A stretch of DNA of 64,000 nt from contig OZ244991.1 in NCBI GenBank assembly GCA_965223335.1, forward strand, positions 1,696,001 through 1,760,000. Direction: 5' to 3'. Of this stretch, positions 29,026 to 39,058 are shown piece by piece (within the stretch, counting starts at the first letter, position 1; each line of letters opens with the position of its first letter). The notes under the pieces are model-generated. The model worked only from the letters and a program-made list of their open reading frames with translations, was not told where the DNA came from and searched no databases. The translations under genes were made by a program, and so were the position numbers. Origin of the DNA: Thermodesulfobacteriota bacterium. GTDB lineage: Bacteria > Desulfobacterota_D > UBA1144 > Nemesobacterales > UBA2774.

Positions 29026-30777
29026 TTGGAGGAGAGGGTGAATTTAATGCCAAAGATTTTTCCGTATCTTTTAGTTGGTGGTGATGGGTGGAGAAGCACG
29101 TTACATTTAAGACATCTGCTCATATTGCTCGGGATGGCATTTGCTGTTGCGGCCTGTCACGAAGAAAACCACACTCCATCCGGAGGTTCAGAAGGCACCG
29201 GCAGTGATTTAAGCAGCGAGGCACCCACAATAACCTTCGGCCCGGTATTTACACTTGCCCCCAACCCAAACACCCCGCTTGCAGGACTTCTCGAATTGGC
29301 AACCGATGAGCTCACTACCGTAGAGGTATCCATCATTAATGGCGTCAACAACCAAATCATCCTATTCCAAGACTTCGGTATTAACCACTCACTTCCTGTT
29401 TTAGGTTTTAGACCCGGCCACAACTATACCATACAGGTAAAGGTTATTGATCAGACAGGGGCAGAGACCACTCATGGGGAAAATATATTTGTTACTACAG
29501 CCCCGCTACCCAAAGATTTCCCACCTATCCATGTTGAGAGCACCCCTGAGAATATGGAGCCCGGTGTTACGATGTTTAACGTGGGTGGCAACGGAGCAAA
29601 CAGCAGCTTCGGTACTGCGATAGTAATTATTGACGAGGTGGGCGAGGTGGTCTGGTACCATCGGCCCGGTTCCGGTGTTAGTGACGTGAGACGACTCTCT
29701 AACGGGAATATAATTTTTATCAATACTAACACAAGGGCGAATGTAACAGAGATAGATATGCTAGGGAATATCACTAACGAATGGCACGCTGCTCTCACCG
29801 TAGGTGGCAATCCCGGGAGCATCCCAGTTTTTACGGAATCCATTCACCATGAAATCTTTGAGATGGAAAACGGCAACTTGGTAGTGCTCAGCTTTGAGCT
29901 TAGGTTCTTTGAAAACTATTGGACGAGCCTTATCGACCCGTTTGCACCCCGTGAGACTGCTCCGGTCATAAGCGACCGCATAGTGGAGTTCACCAGGGAC
30001 GGCACTATTGTAAATAACTGGTCTCTGTTCGATATTATAGACCCCTATCGTGTGGGCTATGATGCATTGGGTGGGTTCTGGAACTCGTTCTTTCCCGAAC
30101 TTGAGGGCGGCACACGCGACTGGAGCCATGGTAATGCTGTGATTCACGACCCGGCTGACAATACATTTATAGTGTCGCTTCGTCATCAAGACGCTGTGGT
30201 TAAATTCAAGAGGGAAACGGGGGAGCTTGTGTGGATACTGGGCACACATGCCAATTGGGACCCCGAGATCTATGGGCCATTTCTGCTTAACCCCGTCGGT
30301 GAAGGGTTTTTGTGGCAGTACCACCAGCATGCCCCTATGATTACACCCGAGGGCAATATTCTGATATTCGATAACGGTAACCACAGGGCTAGCCCCTTTG
30401 ATCCGGGACTCCCTGCCACAGAGAATTTCAGCAGGGCCGTGGAGTACAGGATAGATGAAGAAAATATGCAGATCGAGCAGGTCTGGGAATACGGGCAGTT
30501 TGCAAGCGAGATTATATACACACCGTTTATAGGCGATGCGGATCACTTGCCTTTGACCGGCAATGTCCTGGTTAATTTCGGTGGCATTACACTAGACAGC
30601 GAGGGTAACCCCACAAACACCGTGTTCCGGACAAAAAACTCTGTTAGACTCGTTGAGGTCCAAAGGGGAGAGACTAACGAGATTGTGTTCGAGATGTCTA
30701 TCGAGGACACTACCGGCGGGCCTACCGATGGATGGATCACATACAGAGCCGAGAGGCTAACGGGTATTTATCCTTAG
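29026..30777 (+). CDS. Arylsulfate sulfotransferase (ASST family), predicted lipoprotein
   Basis: N-terminal PLAG Ig-like domain; catalytic-type motifs IHHE, WSHGNA, SLRHQ, YHQHAP, IFDNG; lipobox VAAC; true start may be ATG 29047. Confidence 0.85.
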   Translation: MEERVNLMPKIFPYLLVGGDGWRSTLHLRHLLILLGMAFAVAACHEENHTPSGGSEGTGSDLSSEAPTITFGPVFTLAPNPNTPLAGLLELATDELTTVEVSIINGVNNQIILFQDFGINHSLPVLGFRPGHNYTIQVKVIDQTGAETTHGENIFVTTAPLPKDFPPIHVESTPENMEPGVTMFNVGGNGANSSFGTAIVIIDEVGEVVWYHRPGSGVSDVRRLSNGNIIFINTNTRANVTEIDMLGNITNEWHAALTVGGNPGSIPVFTESIHHEIFEMENGNLVVLSFELRFFENYWTSLIDPFAPRETAPVISDRIVEFTRDGTIVNNWSLFDIIDPYRVGYDALGGFWNSFFPELEGGTRDWSHGNAVIHDPADNTFIVSLRHQDAVVKFKRETGELVWILGTHANWDPEIYGPFLLNPVGEGFLWQYHQHAPMITPEGNILIFDNGNHRASPFDPGLPATENFSRAVEYRIDEENMQIEQVWEYGQFASEIIYTPFIGDADHLPLTGNVLVNFGGITLDSEGNPTNTVFRTKNSVRLVEVQRGETNEIVFEMSIEDTTGGPTDGWITYRAERLTGIYP

Positions 30778-30791
30778 TTTAATAGGGAGTA

Positions 30792-31454
30792 TTAATCGCG
30801 TCCGTACTCGTCTTTAGTTTTACCAAACCTCTTTTGGAGCTCTCCCATTATGTCATCGGGACCAAGATCAAAGTAGGCGAGCAGTACCATACAGTGGAAC
30901 CAAAGATCGGCGACCTCGTATGTTATCTCTTCCCTATCGTTATTTTTGGCCCCTATTATCGTCTCTCCGGCTTCCTCGCCGATTTTTTTCGAGATCTTGT
31001 CTACACCCTTCTCAAAGAGGCCGCTTACATACGAGCCCTCACGCGCATTACGTTTTCTGTCTAAAATAACTTCGTATACATCTTTTAGGATATTGGCACT
31101 CCTATCATTACCAAACGCAGGGGCCTGTGATTTAGTTCCCTCAATGTCGGTGTAAAAGCACGTAGCCTCACCGGTGTGGCAGGCCACACCGTTTTGGTGT
31201 ACCGATACCAAGAGCGTGTCCCGGTCACAGTCAAACCGTATGGACTCAACGTCCTGCGTGTTGCCCGATTCCTCACCCTTCATCCAGAGCTTGTGACGCG
31301 AGCGGCTCCAAAAGTGGGTTTTACGCGTATCGATGGTTTTTTGGATCGATTCCTTATTCCCGTATGCAACCATTAAGACCCTGCCGTTGGTACTATCCTG
31401 CACGACTACCGGTATGAGTCCATTATCATCGAATTTGAGCTCGTCTAAGTTCAT
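30792..31454 (-). CDS. hisIE: Bifunctional phosphoribosyl-AMP cyclohydrolase / phosphoribosyl-ATP pyrophosphatase
   Basis: [41 protein letters not shown]. Confidence 0.96.
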   Translation of the reverse strand: MNLDELKFDDNGLIPVVVQDSTNGRVLMVAYGNKESIQKTIDTRKTHFWSRSRHKLWMKGEESGNTQDVESIRFDCDRDTLLVSVHQNGVACHTGEATCFYTDIEGTKSQAPAFGNDRSANILKDVYEVILDRKRNAREGSYVSGLFEKGVDKISKKIGEEAGETIIGAKNNDREEITYEVADLWFHCMVLLAYFDLGPDDIMGELQKRFGKTKDEYGRD

Positions 31455-31588
31455 TTTAGTCCTCCGAACACGTTACATATTAACTGCATTGCTAGGGATT
31501 TCCGAGTTTTTATCTTCCGGATAGCTTTACTCCGTCGGGTTTATATCATATATTAATATGGTCTTTTATTTATTGAGAGGTGGATTAG

Positions 31589-31798
31589 ATGGCTAGAGTA
31601 ACAATTGAAGACTGTTTGGAGAAGGTTGTAAACAGGTTTGCACTATCGGTTGCTGCAATGAAGAGGGCCAAGCTCCTTGTAGGTGGCGCAGCACCCCTTT
31701 CCTCAGAGGTTGATAATAAACATGTGGTGCTGGCGCTACGCGAGATAGCAGAGGATAAGGTAAAGGTAGTCTACCCTCCGGGGCAGGATAGATACTAA
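31589..31798 (+). CDS. rpoZ: RNA polymerase omega subunit
   Basis: [24 protein letters not shown]. Confidence 0.92.
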   Translation: MARVTIEDCLEKVVNRFALSVAAMKRAKLLVGGAAPLSSEVDNKHVVLALREIAEDKVKVVYPPGQDRY

Positions 31799-31945
31799 AT
31801 CCGACACATTGGATTTATTGGTTAATAGGTTTAGTTTCAGGTCACGAGTCAATTAGACTGTTACCCATACCAAACTTTTACTATCACAAATATTCAATAT
31901 ACTGTTGTTTTGTATCACCCATTTAACTTTTACGGATAGCTGCAT

Positions 31946-33898
31946 ATGATTCAGGTCGGAATCGATACGGGTGGGACCTTTACGGATTTTGTGTTCCTGA
32001 GGGGACACAAATTATCTACCTATAAGCTTCCCTCTACACCCCACAACCCCTCTTTGGCTATAGTACAGGGCCTCCGCGATATATTGGGCGAGGCGTATAA
32101 AGACGTAGAGGTGATTCACGGCACAACCGTTGCGACCAATGCACTCCTAGAGAGAAAGGGGGCCAGGGTGGCGCTGATCACAACCGCAGGGTTCAAGGAT
32201 GTGATCGAGATAGGAAGACAAAACCGGGGCGAGCTCTACGATATATTTTGGGCCCCGCATCCTCCGTTGGTCGAGAGCAGATACAGGGTAGGGGTTAGAG
32301 AGCGCATTGATTTTAGAGGCAGGGTGTTGCAAAAACCCGGTACGGCAGATATAAATGCACTCATCAAAAAAATTAATAGTCTTAGGGTTGATTGCATAGC
32401 AATCTCGTTTCTAAATTCTTACGCTAATCCCCGTAACGAAGAGCTTGTGGCCAAGGCTCTCAGTAAATTAAAATTACCTATTTCCGTGTCGTCAAAGATA
32501 CTGCCCGAGTTTAGGGAGTATGAGCGTACATACACGATAATTACCAACGCATATCTGGTGCCCAAGGTAAACGGCTATATGGAGGAACTTAGTCGTAAAC
32601 TCGAGAAATCAGAGGTGTCGATTATGCAGTCTAACGGCGGGCTCTTGTCACTGGGTCAGGCCGGTACTGAGCCTGTGAGGACTCTTTTGTCGGGCCCGGC
32701 AGGGGGAGTAATCGGCGGGTTTAATATTGCACAGAAAGCAGGGTTTAAACGGATTATTACATATGATATGGGTGGCACATCCACAGACGTTTCACTCTGT
32801 GACCGCGAGCCCAGTTTCACTACCGAGACGGTGATTGACGGCATCCCCGTCAAAGTCCCTATGATCGATGTTACTACTATAGGTGCGGGTGGGGGATCGA
32901 TTGCATACGTAGACAGGGGAGGGGCGCTTAAAGTGGGGCCCGAGAGTGCCGGTGCCGACCCCGGCCCTGCATGTTATGGCAACGGCAAAGAGCCCACAGT
33001 CACAGATGCCAACCTTGTCCTGCACAGGCTTGACCCCACATGGTTTTTAGGCGGCAGAATGAAGCTCGATAAAAAGAAATCCGTACGCGCACTCGGAAGG
33101 TTGTCCAAAAAACTCCGTCAGACCATTGAGCAGACAGCCGAGGGTGTGATTGATGTTGCTAATGCCAATATGGAGCGTGCGCTTAGGGTAATATCCATTG
33201 GCCGGGGCTATGACCCTAGGGACTTTGCTCTGGTCTCATTCGGGGGCGCAGGTGGGCTTCACGCCTGTGAGTTGGCACGTGGGCTTGGGGTTAAAACCGT
33301 TATCTTCCCACGCGATCCGGGAGTGCTCTCGGCACTGGGAATGCTCCTTGCCGATTCGTACAAGGATTATAGTATTACGAGCTTTATGAGTAGCAATGAC
33401 TATACGGACCGAAAGATTGAGCGGTTATATTCAAAGCTCGAGCGTAATGCACGCGGGGATTTTGACAACAGGTCGCTTAAGTACAAGCGCTACCTGGACC
33501 TGCGCTACAAACGACAGTCTCACGAGATCACTATCCCCTACTCTGAGAATTTCCTCGATGTCTTTCACCGCACCCATTCCAGAATGTACGGTTATATGAA
33601 AAAAGAAAACGAGGTCGAGATTGTGACACTTCGTCTGCGTGCAATAGTGGAGAGAAAAAAGCCAAGGATACCGAAAACAAAAGCTGAGACTCAAAAGAGG
33701 TTGAGGCCCGAGACCACTCGGTTAATATTTAACGGAAAACATGTTAAGTCAGCTCTATATAATCGGGCTCATTTTTTCTCGGGCTACGAGTTTAAGGGCC
33801 CCGCACTTATCCTAGAGGAGACATCTACTCTATTTGTCCCGCCTCGTTTACGCTGTGCTGTGGATGGGTACAGCAACATCATCGCAGTCGCCGAATAG
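31946..33898 (+). CDS. Hydantoinase A / 5-oxoprolinase family protein
   Basis: IDTGGTFTD, HGTTVATNALLE, SGPAGG, DMGGTSTD, GPESAGADPGPACYG. Confidence 0.92.
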   Translation: MIQVGIDTGGTFTDFVFLRGHKLSTYKLPSTPHNPSLAIVQGLRDILGEAYKDVEVIHGTTVATNALLERKGARVALITTAGFKDVIEIGRQNRGELYDIFWAPHPPLVESRYRVGVRERIDFRGRVLQKPGTADINALIKKINSLRVDCIAISFLNSYANPRNEELVAKALSKLKLPISVSSKILPEFREYERTYTIITNAYLVPKVNGYMEELSRKLEKSEVSIMQSNGGLLSLGQAGTEPVRTLLSGPAGGVIGGFNIAQKAGFKRIITYDMGGTSTDVSLCDREPSFTTETVIDGIPVKVPMIDVTTIGAGGGSIAYVDRGGALKVGPESAGADPGPACYGNGKEPTVTDANLVLHRLDPTWFLGGRMKLDKKKSVRALGRLSKKLRQTIEQTAEGVIDVANANMERALRVISIGRGYDPRDFALVSFGGAGGLHACELARGLGVKTVIFPRDPGVLSALGMLLADSYKDYSITSFMSSNDYTDRKIERLYSKLERNARGDFDNRSLKYKRYLDLRYKRQSHEITIPYSENFLDVFHRTHSRMYGYMKKENEVEIVTLRLRAIVERKKPRIPKTKAETQKRLRPETTRLIFNGKHVKSALYNRAHFFSGYEFKGPALILEETSTLFVPPRLRCAVDGYSNIIAVAE

Positions 33899-33943
33899 AT
33901 CGATTTATCATGCAGTAAATAAAAAATACTAAAAGGAATATAA

Positions 33944-35254
33944 ATGACTAGACACAAACCAGTGATTATTGGTGGAGGGATGACAGGGCTTGCGGCCGGC
34001 ATGGTATCGGGATTAAAAGTCTACGAAGCCGAGGCTGTGCCGGGTGGTATCTGCTCTTCCTACTATATGACACCCGGGAGTGGGACCCCTATGTTTAAGT
34101 GCCCTGAGGATGAGAATGTCTACCGCTTCGAGATCGGTGGGGGACACTGGATATTCGGTGGTGACCCCACGGTGCTTAGGTTCATAAGCTCTATGACCCC
34201 GGTCAGGTTGTACCACAGAAGCTCGGCTGTGTACTTCTCAAAACAAGATCTCTATGTTCCATACCCCATTCAAAACAACTTGGGCTATCTGGGCAAGGAG
34301 ATTGCCAAGAAGGCTCTCAATGAAATCGAAAGCGCCCCCGACGGCGTGCCCCGTACAATGTCCGACTGGATAGATAAAAGCTTCGGCAAAACTCTGACTG
34401 AGCTTTTTTTTGCACCCTTCCACGAGCTCTATACCGCTGGTTTGTGGACAGAGATTGCCCCCCAAGACGCATACAAGTCCCCCATAAATATCGAGAGTGT
34501 ACGACAGGGTGCATTCGATAAAGTCTCACCCGCCGTGGGCTATAACGTTACGTATCTCTACCCCGAGAGTGGGCTAAACACCCTCTCTCAGTGCATAGCG
34601 GAGAGGTGTGATATTGAGTATGACCACAGGGCAAGTAAGATCGACCTGGATAAAAAAGAGATCCAGTTCCAAAACGGAGACGGCACTAAGTATGAGCACC
34701 TCATCTCAACCCTACCGCTTAATAAAGCCTTAGAGATGTCGGGTATTGAGATTGACGATACACCCTCAAGCTATACCTCTGTATTGGTACTAAACATAGG
34801 TGCTACCAAGGGGCCGAAATGCCCAAACGAGCACTGGCTCTATATCCCCGACAGTGAGTCCGGCTTCCACAGGGTAGGATTCTACAGCAACGTCGACCCG
34901 TCGTTCCTGCCGCTTGGGTCCAGAGCCAATGGCAACCGCGTGAGTATCTATGTAGAGAGGGCTTATCAAAACGGGCGGAAACCATCGGACGAGACCATAA
35001 AGAGTTATATGGACTCGGTTGTAGGGGAGCTCAAGTCTTGGGAATTTATTGAGGAAGCAGAGACTGTAGATCCCACATGGATTGATGTTGCTTACACATG
35101 GTCTATGCCGGGATCAAACTGGAAAGAGCTTGCGCTAAGCGAACTTGAGAAAAAAGGTGTGTATCAGATAGGCCGGTACGGCAGGTGGATGTTCCAGGGC
35201 ATTGCCGAGTCATTAAAAGACGGGTTCATAGCAGGCGGTGCGTTTAAAGAATAG
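33944..35254 (+). CDS. FAD-dependent oxidoreductase, eukaryote-type UDP-galactopyranose mutase-like / HemY-like
   Basis: IIGGGMTG Rossmann motif, GGHWIF His loop, YP.QNNL, FHRV, GRYG.W. Confidence 0.65.
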   Translation: MTRHKPVIIGGGMTGLAAGMVSGLKVYEAEAVPGGICSSYYMTPGSGTPMFKCPEDENVYRFEIGGGHWIFGGDPTVLRFISSMTPVRLYHRSSAVYFSKQDLYVPYPIQNNLGYLGKEIAKKALNEIESAPDGVPRTMSDWIDKSFGKTLTELFFAPFHELYTAGLWTEIAPQDAYKSPINIESVRQGAFDKVSPAVGYNVTYLYPESGLNTLSQCIAERCDIEYDHRASKIDLDKKEIQFQNGDGTKYEHLISTLPLNKALEMSGIEIDDTPSSYTSVLVLNIGATKGPKCPNEHWLYIPDSESGFHRVGFYSNVDPSFLPLGSRANGNRVSIYVERAYQNGRKPSDETIKSYMDSVVGELKSWEFIEEAETVDPTWIDVAYTWSMPGSNWKELALSELEKKGVYQIGRYGRWMFQGIAESLKDGFIAGGAFKE

Positions 35255-35292
35255 CACATACAACTTCATTAGAATGCCGCTAGTAAGCCGGC

Positions 35293-36684
35293 CTAGCTCT
35301 TTTTATATTTTCGGCTGCTTATCCACAGAACCGGCAAAAAGACTATACTAAGTAGTTCTCCACAGATCGTAGCAACGACTAACTTCCAGATATTACGTCT
35401 ATTACTCTTAACTTCACGGAACTGTTCTGTACTCATTGAGAATTGGAACGATTTACCCGCTGCATACGAGAATGGGGATGAGGATTTAAAATTCACAGAC
35501 AAATCATATGCGCCCCTAAATACCTGGAAGAATTTAGACATAAGGTGTAACACACTATACGATTTGCTAAGGTCCACGGCAATTATGTGCTCGAACTTAC
35601 TCTCGAATAATTTTTTTCTATCACTACCTAACAAAAGCGTGTAATTTGCGTGGGGATAATATTTTTTAAGGGATTCTAGAGCCCCAAGAATTTCATCTTT
35701 ATTCCCATCGTTTAATACGAGTATGTTCTGAATATGCCCTGGTAACAGTGTGTTTGCAGGTTGTTTTTCATCCGTATCCAGATAATCCTTCTTACCCCAT
35801 TTGTTCCTCATATAATCTATTATTGCACCAAGCCCGAGTTTCATTTTGCTCGTACTGCCGTTTAGACCGATAAGTAGAAGTGAAGTGATCTTGTGACGCA
35901 AAAAGCTATAGAAAAGCGGTATTAATTTAGTGGGTTTTAGGTGTTTTGAATACGCAAGGAGCGAATTCCGGTTGCCGTAGTAATAGTCCACGAGCACCCC
36001 GCGTTTCTCTGTAAATGCAGGGTGATAAACCAGCGAGTTTATAACTGCTACTACCCTGTATCCGGCCTCTTTAAACTCAAGCCCCCAGTCCATATCGTCC
36101 CAGAAGATAAAGTACCTTTCATCCATGAGTCCTACCTTTTCTAAACTCTTGACTCGGACAAGTGCAGAGCATATTGCCACGTAATCGACATCTAGTATAT
36201 TATGTTTTAGGTCTATCTCCTTACTGTTTCTATAAAGGGGATTAACACCTATGGTGTCTCGCCTTATAAGAGCCCCTGCTTCCACTGTTATGTCTCTTTG
36301 TTCCGTATCCATTATCCTAGAGCCTGCTATTCCGATATCACTGTCTGATTCCATAGCTTTTACGAGCTCACTCAGTGTGCGTTTCTCGACCTCGGCGTCA
36401 TTATCAAGGAGCCAGATATAGTCATATGTGTGTTGGTCCAGTGCGTACTTTATACCGGTGTTAAATCCCCCGGTCCCTCCTAGGTTCTCTTTGTTAACAA
36501 TTAGTTTTAAGTTTAGATATTCCTTTTTTATGGCCTCTACCGAGTCGTCAGAGGATGCATTGTCAATCACTATTAACTCATAGTTCTCGTATTCGATGGT
36601 TTGCAGTGAACTAAGGAGGTTTATGACGTAATCCTTCTTATTCCAGTTAACTATAACAATTGCTACACTTGGATCTGTATCCAT
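35293..36684 (-). CDS. Glycosyltransferase family 2 with C-terminal extension
   Basis: IVIVNWN, IDNAS.D, NLGGTGGFN, LLDND, FIFWDDMDW. Confidence 0.88.
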   Translation of the reverse strand: MDTDPSVAIVIVNWNKKDYVINLLSSLQTIEYENYELIVIDNASSDDSVEAIKKEYLNLKLIVNKENLGGTGGFNTGIKYALDQHTYDYIWLLDNDAEVEKRTLSELVKAMESDSDIGIAGSRIMDTEQRDITVEAGALIRRDTIGVNPLYRNSKEIDLKHNILDVDYVAICSALVRVKSLEKVGLMDERYFIFWDDMDWGLEFKEAGYRVVAVINSLVYHPAFTEKRGVLVDYYYGNRNSLLAYSKHLKPTKLIPLFYSFLRHKITSLLLIGLNGSTSKMKLGLGAIIDYMRNKWGKKDYLDTDEKQPANTLLPGHIQNILVLNDGNKDEILGALESLKKYYPHANYTLLLGSDRKKLFESKFEHIIAVDLSKSYSVLHLMSKFFQVFRGAYDLSVNFKSSSPFSYAAGKSFQFSMSTEQFREVKSNRRNIWKLVVATICGELLSIVFLPVLWISSRKYKKS

Positions 36685-36688
36685 TAAC

Positions 36689-37741
36689 TTATCCTTTGGA
36701 TCGGTTCACTATCTCTAGAAATCTCTCCATCCTTTGTGTGAGTTGGTGATCGGTCTTGGTTCTTTCGTAGCCTGCCTTGGCTATAGTTTGGCGTTTCTTG
36801 TGACTCCTAAGATAGTACTTCACCTTCTTTTGCAGCTCGTCTATATCGTTGAAAGTGTCGATCTCACTCCCGACTTTGTAGTAGTTGTCGATATCGGGTT
36901 TTTTATCCACGAGTTGAAAGGCACCACATGCCGGGATCTCGAACAGTCTATAGTTCCCACCTTTTTGCTCAAATTCTCGATGGATATTCAATACGATCTT
37001 CGAGGATTTTATGATTTTAATGAGTTCATCTCCATACGCAACACCTCTATGAAATTTTTTAAGGGGTGTATTTAACTCGCTTAAGTTCCAGCTCCAAATT
37101 CCAAGGTCGAAATCCGAAAGCGCATTAAGATACTGTTCTCGGTGCTTATCAATAATTCCGACAAAGCAGACGTCAACACCGTGTTTGTCTATAAACTCCG
37201 GGTCTGGCACGATGCTGTCCGCATAGTCTACATCATAACCAAGAGAGAGTATCTCTAGGTTGCTCATATGCAGTTCCCTTTCATAATAGTCCGTATAACT
37301 GCTGTCGTATATGAGCGTGATATCGGATGACTTGACTAGATCATGTATCCCCGACGAAACCTGGGAGGGGTGAATCCCGAGCCATACCACCACCTTGGTT
37401 CCCAAGTTCTGTATACGATTGATAATGCTAGGAACATAGTAAGTGTCGACCAGATGCAAAAACAGTATGTCGGGCTTATAGTCTCTAACCTCTCTATATA
37501 TCTGGTTGCTGAGCAGGAAGTCATGTGGGTAGTCCGCGATCCATTTATGCCTGTTCCTAAACCCGGCGAATGCTTTTTCCAGAAACCCCCACACCAGCGG
37601 GTTATACATGCCCTCGGTTGTCTGAACCAAGCGGCATTCAACATCAAGCGTTTTTGCAGCACGTGCCAGACCGGTTGCGTACTGGCTTATAAAAAAGGTG
37701 TATCTATCGTATGTAACGGGTGCGGCGAATAGTATCTTCAT
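36689..37741 (-). CDS. CgeB-like glycosyltransferase (Glyco_trans_1_2)
   Basis: DVCFVG, SKIVLNIH, NYRLFEIPACGAF, R..IAKAG. Confidence 0.82.
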   Translation of the reverse strand: MKILFAAPVTYDRYTFFISQYATGLARAAKTLDVECRLVQTTEGMYNPLVWGFLEKAFAGFRNRHKWIADYPHDFLLSNQIYREVRDYKPDILFLHLVDTYYVPSIINRIQNLGTKVVVWLGIHPSQVSSGIHDLVKSSDITLIYDSSYTDYYERELHMSNLEILSLGYDVDYADSIVPDPEFIDKHGVDVCFVGIIDKHREQYLNALSDFDLGIWSWNLSELNTPLKKFHRGVAYGDELIKIIKSSKIVLNIHREFEQKGGNYRLFEIPACGAFQLVDKKPDIDNYYKVGSEIDTFNDIDELQKKVKYYLRSHKKRQTIAKAGYERTKTDHQLTQRMERFLEIVNRSKG

Positions 37742-39057
37742 TCCACGTCTATCTGTTTTAATTTTTTGTCTAAGAGTACCGATACGATTGAGTAGCAGAG
37801 ATTATAGATGAGGAATATGAATATTAATGGGTATTGAACTAATAGCTTACCCATGTTCAAGACCGGATTAGTATCGTTGAGTTCATTGGGGCTAGATAGA
37901 GCTTGGGGGTTCTCCTCTATATAATGGTTGATTAAAGCGTTTACCTCACTTGTCCTATTTTCCCACGAGTTCTCTCTAGCTATCTCGATCCTTGTCTTGG
38001 GATTGTCCTCTACTTTATCCAAGACGATATTTTCTAAGTGCCCTACAAATTCCTCTTTGTTATCCGCAATGTTAATACAGTCCTCGAATTTACGTGCCTC
38101 ACTAATATTGGTGGCAACGATGGGTTTTCCTGTGGCCATATAGTCATAGAGCTTTATGGGGTCCATGCTCTCGGTCAGAGAATCAACCTTGTGCGGCAGG
38201 ATGCAGGCCGTAAATCCTTTTATATATTTAGCCATGCTGAAATAAGGTTTTGGACCCAGGAACGAAACGTTCTTTAATCTAGAGAGTTCTTGGGCCAGTG
38301 GTTTGGCCTCTGGGTTAATTGGACCAATCATAATAATTGACCAGTCCGGTCTTTGAGTAGCAACGTATTTAAGCAGATCGAAATCTACCCTCCAGGGGTT
38401 AATCTTGCCCACATACCCGATTCTCGGTTCATTGGTCTTGGCAATTTCCGGTGCTATCTCTAGTGGTTTTGTCACCTTGTTAAAATTATCGAAGCTAGTA
38501 GCATTAGGTACATAATGAGTGTTTGGGTTCAATACCGATGCTTTTGATTCGAGCTTCTTCGATACCGCAAACACAAGGTCGACTTCGCGAATCACCCTCT
38601 TTTCCTCTCTTTCTATCTCGGCTTTGCGCCAGTTGCTCATGCCGGGAAACTCTGACCAGTCATCGGTTAGGTCATAGCACAATAGCGATTTGCCAAATAT
38701 CGATGCAAGTTTCTTGGCAAATTCTAAATTATGTGGCTGATAAATCATGTATACGGGGTTTTTAATTTTATGAAATTTTAGTAGAAACCAGATTGTGAAA
38801 CTCGCGAGTTTAGAACCCCATCTGGCATATGATGTGTTTCTCAGAAACCCGGGGATGTAGGGGATGTCTACAACGTATAGGTTGGAATTGACTCTTTTTA
38901 CAAGAGGGGTTTTTCTCTCGGAGCGGTTTGGGTCCACATAATAAAAGACCTTATTGGATCTTTGAGACATCTTGTAGGCAAGCATTTGCTTGCGTGCCCA
39001 TCTGTCTTCTTGCCACGGGTCGACCGAAATGAATACTATGTCATTTAGTTTGTTCAT
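37738..39057 (-). CDS. Glycosyltransferase, GT4 / TuaH-like
   Basis: YDLTDDW, VPNA..F, GYVG, DPIKLYDYMATGKPIV. Confidence 0.85.
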   Translation of the reverse strand: MNKLNDIVFISVDPWQEDRWARKQMLAYKMSQRSNKVFYYVDPNRSERKTPLVKRVNSNLYVVDIPYIPGFLRNTSYARWGSKLASFTIWFLLKFHKIKNPVYMIYQPHNLEFAKKLASIFGKSLLCYDLTDDWSEFPGMSNWRKAEIEREEKRVIREVDLVFAVSKKLESKASVLNPNTHYVPNATSFDNFNKVTKPLEIAPEIAKTNEPRIGYVGKINPWRVDFDLLKYVATQRPDWSIIMIGPINPEAKPLAQELSRLKNVSFLGPKPYFSMAKYIKGFTACILPHKVDSLTESMDPIKLYDYMATGKPIVATNISEARKFEDCINIADNKEEFVGHLENIVLDKVEDNPKTRIEIARENSWENRTSEVNALINHYIEENPQALSSPNELNDTNPVLNMGKLLVQYPLIFIFLIYNLCYSIVSVLLDKKLKQIDVE

Positions 39058-39058
39058 T

